NCBI GenBank assembly: GCA_002633005.1
Contig: NMRA01000084.1
Span: 45,072-109,071 of the forward strand
DNA from: Phoronis australis
Taxonomy: Eukaryota; Animalia; Phoronida
Length of the DNA: 64,000 nucleotides
Direction: 5' to 3'
The notes below the pieces were generated by a model. It was not told the DNA's origin. It was given only the letters and a program-made list of their open reading frames with translations, and did not search any database. Below, piece by piece: positions 53,801-64,000 of the stretch (within the stretch, counting starts at the first letter, position 1; each line of letters opens with the position of its first letter). A program made the position numbers and the translations under genes.

Positions 53801-56800
53801 TGGTGTTTGTGCTGGTTTCATTGACGATCGCGACATTGGTAAATATACACTTCACACCACAACCAACCATTTGGTTCAGCCTTGTGAGCAACTGGGAATG
53901 GTATAAACCGTTTTCCAAACTACGCATCAAAAGTAATTGTTGTTGCTTATAGTGGCTGTAAAGCTCTGGCACAAATCCATTCGTTTGCTATTTATAAAAT
54001 TTATGTAACGCGAGTCTAAGCCATGTTCCGCTTAGTAAATTTTCTGACACACTTTTAGGGCTGGTTTGGGAGGTCATGCATACATCTGCCAGATTCTGAT
54101 CAAGTATGGTATAGACCCCAATGTCAGGGATACCTCAGGGTGAGTGTCTGGGACCCGCTTTATGTGGCGGGCAAGCAGGATTTTTCTTGAAGTCAGCTAC
54201 CTTGAGAAAAAATGTAGTTCATAAAACGTTCCCTCTATTATTTGCATAGTCTGTTGTGTTCAGCTGCCACTTGACAAACGTAGCAACGTTCTGAAGATTT
54301 GTAGCAATGAAGTGCGTGCCTATGGTAGATAGTCGTTTTTTGGAAGCTGAAGAAAGTTGGTTGTACCTGCTGTTGTGAAGTACTGTGACTCCATATGAAG
54401 GAATTGGTTAATGTCTTTGATGATTACATTAATTTCATATTCAGAATATACAATATATGTGTGTGCAATGTTATCATGATATGCTGAATAAGCTTTCACG
54501 ATTAGATCAATCTCATATTCAGATATACAATTTATGTGCATCGGGCATTATATGTTTAGTAACAGAATATGAATTTAATCAAAACTGCTAATATAGTAAA
54601 TTGAACCCAATTGCTGCCCAATGTTACAGTCGCACCCCTCTCCAGTGTGCCGCCTATGGTGGATATGTCAACTGTATGTCTGTGTTGATAGAACACAAGG
54701 CTGATCCAAACGCTCAAGATAATGAGGTGAGTCTGTGTACTGAAAAGGTGGAGACGTGCATTCCATAGACGCAAGGATCTCGCGAAGGAAGTAGTGCAAT
54801 CACAGGCTTTGCTTGTAAAGCATGGAGATATCTGTCACAAATTCTTGTGTAATCCTGCATTTTGTGAGGTTCTTTGGTCTATGGAACGCACGCAATGTAT
54901 GTATCTTTGGTTTAGCCCAGTCGTCAGTATAAATCTGGTGTAAGCTTATACCTTAGTCACATTGGGAATACCAGGACTTGGGAAAAACTTTCAGATGATA
55001 CCATACATACATACCTATAATAACTTGCAGTGATATACCAAGAGCTCAACCCATTGAGCCTTGTGTCAATTGAGCAATAACGAATTGCGATTCTTGGTTC
55101 CTAAAGTGACCCGCTGTGTTTTATTTATACATTGATTGCTTAGTTATTTAACATCCACTGACTATCACATAATAATACAACACAGTCAAGACAGACATAA
55201 ACCTTAAGTAGGAATGGTATAAATAAACGAGGAATTGAATGAAGACAATCAGTGTGCACGCTGCGAGGAGCCATGTTGTTGGACCTGGTCTTGAGTAACA
55301 CTGAATCTGGTGTTCTTTGTAAGCCTAGATATCACATCTAATTTAAGAAGGGAATGTATTAATGTTTGTTGAGAGTTTCTGTTGTACTTGCTTTGTGTAT
55401 ATTGTTTCATGTTGCTAAGCAACTGGAGCAATTCGGCTGGATTTATTGTTTTATATACATTTTAAGTCTGCTGGAGTAGGCGGTTGACTAGGGGAATGAT
55501 TTTGTCTTCTTCAAATGTCTGATTAGTTCATTTTTCTTTGTTCTTCAGGGCATGACGGCTCTACATTGGTCCTGTAGTAAAGGCCACCTGGATGCTGTGA
55601 AGTTACTAATAGAATATCAGGCATTTCCCAACCACATGGAGTTTACCGAGGATAGGTGAGTGTTTGCTTCTTTGGCTGTCCCATTCTGTTTGGTGGAAGA
55701 CTTTTGTAAAGCATTGATGACTTGTTACAGGAGATTGTTGTCTCCCAGACGTCTGGGCTCAGTTGGGGTAGGGACATTTTTGGAAGTTCAAGCACGCCTG
55801 TGCACAACAACACAGTTGTGAGATCTTGCATTACACTATTTTGATCTTGCCGTAATTTCGACTCGCCAGCATCACTGGACATTTACCAGGTCGCCCACTG
55901 TAAAGTAGAAGTACCTCCTCGTACTTTCAAGTGGCAGCACAGGTCGCTGATCCTGTGTCACCTTGCCACATCTGAGAATAGCACAGCACCCTCCACAATT
56001 ATGCAATTGTTACCCATAATGATGCACACCTGTTGAGCACTTGTCCCACAGTTGTTCACCTTTGTCGTGCTGATCATTTTTCCGCAGCAAAATTATTTTG
56101 ACATTCATCTCTGTTCAGTAGATTTTGTAAAGTTTACTGTAGCAGCGCAGACACCAAAAAATTGTGCTGGATAAGTACAGGTCACCTGTTAATCGACATT
56201 ATAATGCTCTGAAAGCGACAATAATCATGTAATGCTTGTACCTACCTTTACGAAAGTGGAGCATTGAATTCAGGATATCTTTGTCAAAAAGAAATACGAG
56301 ACAAAGTTGCTTGATTCACTGTTAATATGAGCTATCAGGGACCTCGCTCACTTGAATGGAAAGGAACCTGTGGCCTCTGAGAGGGAAATTTGTCAGTGAG
56401 GGTAAAATTCCCCTACTGGTCAACACCCGTAGCACCCCGCACCCCACGCCACCCCTCCTGGCATTGCCTCAAGCAGCCAAAACTAATGCTTTATGTTATT
56501 CAAGTCATCGCCTGTGTTAGTTACGGCGAGGGGCATTTTTAACCGCTTGACGGGAATTTTTCGGGCCTGTCAAAAGGGCAATTTTTAAATATTTTCGAAG
56601 GGAATTGGGTCGATATTTGACCCCAAAATTGAGAGAGCAAGGGCCCATGGTGTGGTAGTTGGTGTAAAGTCTGTGCATGACTAACCAATGTTCAAACATT
56701 GCAGGTACACACCCCTGGACTACGCATTGATGGGCGAGCACCATGATGTTGCCCAGTTCCTGATGGAGCAAGGTGCGCTCTCCATTAACGGCATACAGGA

Positions 56801-59800
56801 CATAGCAGCTGGCAAAATACAGGTACTTTACCAACACACTGATTGGCCTCTGTGTTTTAGCTTATTTTCCGTCAAAAATTAATATATAATGCATTTAACA
56901 TTAAACGGCGCGCGGTCCACATTTAAAATGTATGTTAGCTGTTGAAAGTATACAGCAGTATATAACTCGTGTGCTACCAGACATACTTTTGTAAGACTTT
57001 GGTACATGTTAGGCTATGGTCTCACGCAGGTCTTTTGTATTTCATACTGAATTCAAAGTGTCGGAACAGTTTACAGTAACTTGCATCTGGAGGCTGCTGT
57101 TTGTGGTCAGCAGAAACTACTTTTGATTGCGTGAAAGAGTTGTTATGTTATTTAGGATCCTAGAAAATGTCCAATCGTGTTTAGCTGTGGAACATCATAC
57201 GCGTATCTTCATGTGTCTCAGAAATGGGTGTGTTGGGGTTCACGTGATACTTTCACTTGCTGTGCTTTATGTGTTGCTTCCCAAAACTTTGTTGGAAATT
57301 GTTTTTAGCACGCTCCATTTTCTCATGAGGGGTTATCAAAATAGGACTGTTTTGATTCTTCCAACCAATAAAGTTGAGTAAAGTGAAAAGAAAATGAGAA
57401 TCTAGAAAACTGTAGGAAGCATTTTTGAAGTATCATCTTGAGCCTTTGTATCAAATGCGATGAATTTTTTATCTTTGTTTTACTAAGGAAGTAGCTTTCT
57501 GTTTTTGCTAAATTTTACTTCAAGGACATGGTCACGTGACTCAATAGTTGAGAGACTGGTATAAATTGAAAATCAAATTCCACTCTCTGGCTTTCTATTC
57601 TCACAAAATATTTACTTTTACCGAGTTAACATGTAAAGCTTTGCCGATACTTGGCTCATTACACAGACTTGTCTGTAAGGCCCTACATGCCCTTGATGGA
57701 GGTATGCCCAAGGCATTTTCTTCTTTTCTGCTAATGTTGTTTGCAGGGTAGGCGTGGGTCTGGAGGTGTATCTAGACCCCCTGTTGTGCTAGCCAGTCCA
57801 CACATGTAGTTGAATCCCACTGCACACCCAATGATCAAGAATTTGTTTTCATTTCATCTTATGTTGAGTAAACATAAATGCCCAAAGATAAGGCAAGAAT
57901 TAAGAGCTCTATGTTCACCTGTTCGCAGTTGTAGGAAAGGCGAGGCTGATAGTTCTGCCAATTCGTTTTTATTTTGTCAGAAACCTTTCCGCTGACTATT
58001 CAACCACTGCAGTGTGACCACCCAAGATGACGCCTTGTATCTTTTGTTGTTCAATCTTACAAAATATCTTGGTTTCTATTTCTGTTTTTATAGTAACATT
58101 GTCTGTATCGCAAAGTCGATTTACCCTTGGGTCTCAGGCAACGTGAACTGTAAGCCAGTGGCCGTTCTGAGACCTACACAGCAAAAAGATTTTGTATCAG
58201 AACCGTCAGCAACACAACTTTTCATTTATCATTTACTGACACTCGGCAACTTGACAGAACCCTAAAATCTCTTTATCAGTGTTTACATCTGACAGTCAAA
58301 TTTTAATATTCAACGAAACAGTTAACATTTTTTCAGCTGTTCCAAAATGTCACAGTTCTTTGAGCCAAGTTGTCTTTAATGTTATAACAAAAATCCATTT
58401 TGAAGATAAATGAACATTCACCCATGTAGCGCCCTCTCTCAGCGGTGTTTGTATTCTGCTGTAATCTTGTGTATTACTCTTTCTTCATATTCATTAACTC
58501 CTCACAGTTAGTTATTGTTCGTGAATAAACAAACACATTATTATATTTTGCTGTCCATAAGAACACAATGGCTGTGCCCTAGGCTCTTCAATGTTGATAC
58601 AGGTTTGCTTAGGGATTCTTTGTCTAGCCCATAATACATGCCAAAAGTGCAATATGAATAAGCTGTATCAGTCTGCAAGTGTGACAATTAGGTGTTACCA
58701 TTTTGAGTAACTATGCTACTTGTGCCAGTGGAAGTGGCCGTGTTGTTGAATGACATTCGTCCAACGGGTTCTTAAATGGTGTCAGCTCGCGTTAAATATT
58801 AAGCCGTTTTCTCACACGTTTTTTCCCAATTTTAGTAGTCGTTGTGTAGCTTTCTGCACTTAGTTACCTTAATGCCCCCTGTTTCCCGTTGCTGGGCATT
58901 CTTCAGTCGCTTTCTCCTGACACCCCTCCAGGTGTTGATAATGAACCCTTCTGTTATATTTGATCAGTCTCCCCTTACAGTCTCTATCCCATTAATTTTA
59001 ACTGTGTGGGGTGAGTTTGTCAAACACCGTTTCCATGAACTGTTAAAAAAGTCGAATGCCGATAAAAGGATTATCGTGTTTATGTAAGATGTCTTAATGA
59101 TAACCCTGTGTGAAGGAAACCAGTTTGTTGTTTTGCTGGGTAGGTAGGTAACATTTTATTATTCCTTCCCAAAGTTTCATGGTTATAAGATATGGTACAT
59201 AGGGCTGAGTGGAGTGGTGGTGACATAGACATGTGATGTCAGGCTTGATGAACACTGGCACGTCACATTTATATAGGATTATGTGATCTCTCTCCCTCTC
59301 TTTACTTGAAATAAGCTTGAACTTGGGTGATTTTGTCATTGAAATATGAAATAACTGTCAAGCTGACTCTTCTTACAAATCTCAGTTGTAGTTGACATTT
59401 TGAAGAGAACTGATTTCAAGAATTGATGGTATCTATGGACAACGAATTTAAGGATTCAGAGCCATATGGCAATGTTATACTTCTATTCACAACACAATTC
59501 ATTTTATGTGAATCTCAAATGAATTATTAAAATTATGTTTCCGAACTGATGTTATGGCTATTTTTTTGTGCCACGGGGTTGTGTAAAAACCACTTTGTAG
59601 TCTACTTGTTGAATTAAGTTTGAACTTTGTTAATTCAACAGAAACAATTTTTTGTCATCCGTTGTTTGTCGTCAGTGTTTCTAGTGATGGTGATTAAAAA
59701 CAACTGTTTTAGCAAGTCCCAGAAAATTTAGCTCAGTGTAACTAGTTCCTCCGTCCTGTCCTGAATTTTTGGACCAGCTTTCCACTCCAAAAACTTTCCA

Positions 59801-62800
59801 AGACAAATTTTTAGTTCCTGTGTAACACTTAGCTTCAATCTATAACTACCATCAGGTGCCCACTTTAGCAAAGGTGGTAAGTCTGGACTTGGGTAAGACA
59901 ATTATTATTCCAGTTTTTATTTTCGCATCCTTCACTGATGTGACTCTAGGAAGGGGTCGTTAAGGCTAAATATGAAATAATTGCCAACTTAATGTCAATC
60001 ACATGTTCCTTACTTAGATGAAAAGTTATATCTGGGCTAAGGAAGAGTTGGCAGTTTGTCACTGGTGGAGTCTATATGCACAGTGAGCCTATGTACTACA
60101 GTACCTGAAGTTAATTGCTGTGACAAACCTACTGGTTGAAGGGAACTAGTTGAGACCAACTTTGTGTCTATAAATTGCAAGTTATTTTTATGCAAGATGG
60201 GTTCATATCAACTTGAAATTTACGGTCCACTTTATCAGAAAACTAAATTTTACTGGAGGGGGGTGTCTCGTGGCTGAAAGGTGAGGGGACAGTGGATAAC
60301 TGAATTTTATTGAGAGAGGATCCCCTGCCAAAAGTTCCTCCTTGATTATCCCTGCTTTCAATGAGAATGAAAACATTAATGACAAGTAGCGTTTGATCTG
60401 ATCGTAGAATTTATCGTCTCTGCCCGTGTGTTCTGAACTTAGAGACGTTGTGTTGTGAGGGAGGCATGAGTTTGTAATAAATTTCAGTTGAGTTTCTATA
60501 CAGATAACAGAACCATTAGAGAATCCGAACAAACACTATGTTTGCCACAGGTGTTTACACACCTATCTGAATTGAAGTCTTTATTGTGATGATTAGATTG
60601 AGCGTTCTAATGTCTGTTGATTCATTTCTATCTGGCCTATTTATTTAGCTCAAGTGTTTGCATTTTCCTGAAACCAGAGACCCATCTCCAAGGGAGTCCT
60701 TTTACTATGATGGTAGCCATTGTATTATTGGGGTTTCTGAAATTAAAAATCTTTTGATGTGCGCAACTTAAGATGGCAAAAATTAAATGACAAAGAAGCA
60801 GTCACAAGAGCTAGTCACTGTCAGGTGTGGTTAAATCTCCAACTAAGAAAGTTTAAAGTTTCATCACTTTAGAGTTCACTTAGTTGTCATTATTTAGAGC
60901 ATAAGGGCCGGGTATAGGTACTTATAATAAAATCTTAACAATTTTCTGAAACTATAATGGTCGAAATGTATCTTTTTAATTTGCATAGGCATTTCAAAGT
61001 GAATACCTGCAATTTCTCAAAGCATTGCCTGTTGGTACATGTAGCTGTGTTTAAGGAATTGAAAAAAGATATGATTATTCTGTTTGTTCTGGATGTAAAA
61101 TTAGAGAATATTTGATCACTTATTATGAAAAAATCAATGTAGGAAAAAATGAATACACCTGTTGTTAGGTCTCATTAGTGTGTTAAAGTGCTTGTATCAT
61201 CTTTTGGCTTGTCTGGGAAAATTGCCTTTAAAGTGATGCGATGGACGTACGCAGAGAATTTGAGTTGTAGAAGAATCTTTTTTAACTTTGTGAATTGTAT
61301 TTTTTGTACATGGTGATCTGGTGGATTGTTTGCGGTGTGCATAGCGCTGATGTTTTTTGGTATCTTCTAAAAAATAGATGAATTTGTTGTGGCGAATCAA
61401 ACTTCAGTATTTATGAAGCTATTTAATCTTTTGTGACTGATTCAAAATTAAGTCAGTACAGTGGAACATGTATTTCTTATTTAATCAGAACACCAATTTG
61501 CCTTGCACAAAATTTTTTAATTCAACTGCACATAACGACAGCAAGATGAAAAATGGACCATCCTCCGCATCTCGATACCGTCCTTCCCATTTTCGTCTAG
61601 TTCTCATTTTTGGGCTCATTTTTCTTGTACGTACTTCCCATTTTTGCATTTTTCATTCACACGGGCAGTCTAAGCTTCTGATTGGATGGTAGAGTCGGAT
61701 TAGTTTGTTTATGATAAATCTGATCATACTACCGGTATTTTTGATTTCCCTCATCCGTGAAGTGTTGCAGCAGTTATTAAGAGATTCAAGACAAAGCCGT
61801 TTTTCGTCAGGAAGAAAGGGCATTCTCCGATAAAAGATTGCTTACACTATTGTTAATAAATCTAGAAGAGCTAGAAAATAATTTAAGTAATTGTCCAAAC
61901 TTAGTTACAACCATCATTATTGTTTTGGCAAGATGTGACCAAGGGCAGTTGTGGTCATTTCAACTAATTATCAGTAATGTAACAAAATTACACCTTATCT
62001 CTGAAACTCAATCTTAACAATTAAATTCTGTGCAATGTGTAGTCAGTGCGCAATGGAAATCATTTTTGATAACTTGTCACCGCAGACGCTAGCCATCATC
62101 TTGTGTGGTGAAAACTTGGGAATACGGCTTCATTACATTGATACACAGAGGCGTTTCTTTCTCGTCCTAATATACTATTGATTTATCATTTACAAGTATT
62201 ATTGTAAAGTTTCAGCTTGGGTAGTGCGCATTACATATTTGCACCAGGGTGACTTCTTGTTGCCTTGTCTCAGTATGAATTAAATATAGATTTATAGATC
62301 TAATGTTGCATAGTTTCCAGTGTTCCCTTCACTGTTCCATTCATGTGTCTCTGAGCCTGGCAGGCCTGAGTTTGGCCAGTGGGATGGAAAGAATTAGGAA
62401 GTTAAATATGAAGCTAAAAATTGCTGCTACCCACATAAAACGCACCAATCACATTACGTAGAAACTAAATCCTCATTATTGTTCATCCAGACATTTTTCG
62501 ACTTTTTGTTATTTGCCTTGATCACCATTTTGCTAATTTTGGTTGTTTTTTCGTAAAAAAATACAGATGTATATTATTCTTGTGCCATTTCAGTCCAAGT
62601 TCCGTGGATTTCGGGTGCGAAAGACATTTTTGGAGCGAAAGAAACTGTTGATGAAGCATGAACAGCTGAGGAAGGATGCAGCAAAGTAAGTGTGAGGGGG
62701 TGTCACAAAACTGTTAAATGTATGCTTCACATTGCTTCTCACCAATGTCTGCCTATTGTGTACTTCACTGAGCCTTTTTTAAACAAACTGTTTATTTCTT

Positions 62801-63022
62801 TTGCCTGAAATGGGAAGTGTGGTATTGAAATGGCAGGTGCTGTTTTTGTCTGTGTTTACAGTTGTCACGTGGTGTAGTTGTGAATTGTTTGTTTTGTAGA
62901 AAACGTGCTGACGAAGAATACAGACGAAAGGAAGACGTACGCAATAAGAACGAAATTGACGAACGGCGACGCGCAGAGCTAGCCACCATGGATACAATGC
63001 AGCCCCCTCTTGTGTCCAAAAA
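44857..63022 (+). CDS. INVS: Inversin (nephrocystin-2) orthologue, 14 coding exons in the window, 3' end unresolved
   Basis: Exons 44857-44892, 45747-45855, 47163-47329, 50167-50406, 50821-51021, 51497-51679, 52133-52304, 52892-53099, 54059-54139, 54630-54726, 55549-55655, 56705-56822, 62594-62685, 62900-63022 join in phase. The peptide is colinear with vertebrate inversin as I recall it (HAAAxNGD, DQFGRT.LM.CVL.DRLDCA, DSNIGIPD.EGK, NWQDYEGRT, RYTPLDYAL, IQDIAA.KIQ, LLMKHEQLRKDAA). Confidence 0.95.
45747..45855 (+). CDS. INVS: Inversin exon 2
   Basis: ...THMHAAAINGDRSVLAKLLV; TAG acceptor, GTAAGT donor. Confidence 0.9.
46301..46430 (+). mobile_element. tRNA-derived SINE fragment (intronic)
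   Basis: A-box TGGCCTAGTG (46311) and B-box GGTTCGAGTCC (46354), followed by a GCCCTTGAG body motif; no intact cloverleaf. Confidence 0.6.
47163..47329 (+). CDS. INVS: Inversin exon 3
   Basis: DQFGRTSLMFCVLGDRLDCAELL...RTALHWSAHK; canonical splice sites. Confidence 0.95.
48153..49152. mobile_element. Intronic element with ~36-bp inverted repeats; contains a nested CAGGG...CCCTG MITE (~48387-48600)
   Basis: TACAGCACACATCATGATCTTTTGTCTGACCGGTCG versus CGACCGGTCGGACAAAAATTCGTGATGTCTGCTGTA. Confidence 0.55.
50167..50406 (+). CDS. INVS: Inversin exon 4 (GC donor)
   Basis: GNLRCLKLLL...EHIKMLIKQ, followed by GCATGT. Confidence 0.93.
50821..51021 (+). CDS. INVS: Inversin exon 5
   Basis: DSNIGIPDIEGKTPLHWAA...DGNIDIVTRL. 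Confidence 0.95.
51497..51679 (+). CDS. INVS: Inversin exon 6
   Basis: TSLTKCNVSALDNMFRTPLHWAA...GATPLHYAAQNNYA. Confidence 0.95.
52133..52304 (+). CDS. INVS: Inversin exon 7
   Basis: ETVSVFL...DLEGRTAFMWAAGKGADDV...DKNGGQ. Confidence 0.95.
52892..53099 (+). CDS. INVS: Inversin exon 8
   Basis: LHAAALSGHASTVKLLL...KHTALFRACEMGH...DGRSPLH. Confidence 0.95.
54059..54139 (+). CDS. INVS: Inversin exon 9
   Basis: AGLGGHAYICQILIKYGIDPNVRDTS. Confidence 0.93.
54630..54726 (+). CDS. INVS: Inversin exon 10
   Basis: RTPLQCAAYGGYVNCMSVLIEHKADPNAQDNE. Confidence 0.95.
55549..55655 (+). CDS. INVS: Inversin exon 11
   Basis: GMTALHWSCSKGHLDAVKLLIEYQAFPNHMEFTED. Confidence 0.95.
56705..56822 (+). CDS. 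INVS: Inversin exon 12
   Basis: YTPLDYALMGEHHDVAQFLMEQGALSINGIQDIAAGKIQ. Confidence 0.95.
62594..62685 (+). CDS. INVS: Inversin exon 13 (second half of the IQ motif)
   Basis: SKFRGFRVRKTFLERKKLLMKHEQLRKDAA; CAG acceptor, GTAAGT donor. Confidence 0.93.
62900..63022 (+). CDS. INVS: Inversin exon 14 (charged region)
   Basis: KRADEEYRRKEDVRNKNEIDERRRAELATMDTMQPPLVSK; phase 2 match, GTGAGT donor. Confidence 0.8.
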
Positions 63023-63209
63023 GTGAGTGACCATTTGTTTCTCCGCTTCTTAATGCATCGTTTCACAGAATATTTCATCAATTGTTTTATGGATTAGGTA
63101 ATGATTTGACACCTGTTCCGAGGAATTTTTTTTTCTCGAGTGTTGTATGCATTTGATTAAATATTCATGTCTTCAGAGGTGCATTTTATATAACTTTGTT
63201 TTGGTTATA

Positions 63210-63646
63210 CCAGGGTTTTCCGCAGATGAGCCCACCCATTGAAACACCCATGGACATTTTTTTGGAAAATTATGAAATATACGCCCATGTGCATTTATTT
63301 GGTGTTACAACATGTGGTGTCAAGTGTCCAGACAGTGGGATGTTTATTTGGAAATTTTCGTCTTAAAAGCCAACTTAGCGTCAACTTTTTGTCACAAAGT
63401 CAGTTCTGTGGAGCATTTATCATGATTAAAACGAACAAGGCATTGGCAAACTATGCATTTATTAACAAAAAATTTAAAAATTCAGATTTAAGTTAAAGAT
63501 TGTCAAGTAAAGCAAAACTATGACTTTCTGTATACATGTCCCATTTTCCGAACAAATGCCTGGGCGTTGATTTGGAGTTGTTAAAACACCTGAAAATTCT
63601 CATTTTCCGAATACATGCCCATGGGCATATCTACGGAAATTCCCTG
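63210..63646. mobile_element. TA-flanked MITE, same family as 38294-39720
   Basis: TA|CCAGGGTTTTCCGCAGATGAGCCC...GGGCATATCTACGGAAATTCCCTG|TA. Confidence 0.7.
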
Positions 63647-64000
63647 TAAATGTTTGAGATCAAATACATTGTTGCCTGTTTAGGTGAATAACTCTGTAGT
63701 AATTTTGGTACGTGTTAGAAAGTTTCATTCAAACAGATTCGTGAAATAGGCCTCTGGTGTTGCAAGTTAGCGTTCCCTGGATTTACTCCTAGCCTTTAGT
63801 GAAGCAGTCGTCAGTGATAGGTAATGTTGTGTTGCCGTTTCATGATTTTCAGGGATAACTAAGCCACTCTGACGAGACTGGGATCGAACTAAACTACCGA
63901 AAATGTAAATTGTTGTTTCTTGTTCTACTTTCATACCTCTGGCTTTACGCGTTGACGAGTTAACTAACGGTGACTGGAAACCATCTTGGCTTCTTTTTGC

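Noticed and set aside
1-64000. Remaining short ORFs in the six-frame track; any prokaryote-style operon or defence system
   Set aside because: The sequence is intron-containing animal DNA; the 60-130-aa ORFs lack recognisable domains and are of the size expected by chance.

Overview
AT-rich, repeat-laden animal genomic DNA (spliceosomal introns; invertebrate-like; draft assembly with N-joins). Two host genes are supportable. One is an intronless GT31 beta-1,3-galactosyltransferase-family gene (5119-6483, minus strand). The other is the 5' part of an inversin (INVS/NPHP2) orthologue on the plus strand, reconstructed as 14 phase-compatible coding exons from 44857 to 63022 (about 644 codons: ankyrin repeats, IQ motif, basic region); it includes one GC-AG intron and probably runs beyond the window. 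The rest is mostly decayed transposable elements: Gypsy and BEL/Pao LTR remnants, LINE fragments, a compact Penelope-like insertion with hammerhead-ribozyme motifs, a tRNA-derived SINE and many MITEs. The most unusual structure is at 11.5-19.3 kb: a TAG...CTA-ended TIR family, a RecQ-like helicase remnant (suggesting AcademH), and a 1.15-kb element with a 9-bp target-site duplication that carries an inverted copy of neighbouring DNA, forming a long inverted repeat with a near-perfect core. Two tandem duplications joined by a single N are probably assembly overlaps. All alignments were done by eye; nothing here establishes a new biological system.
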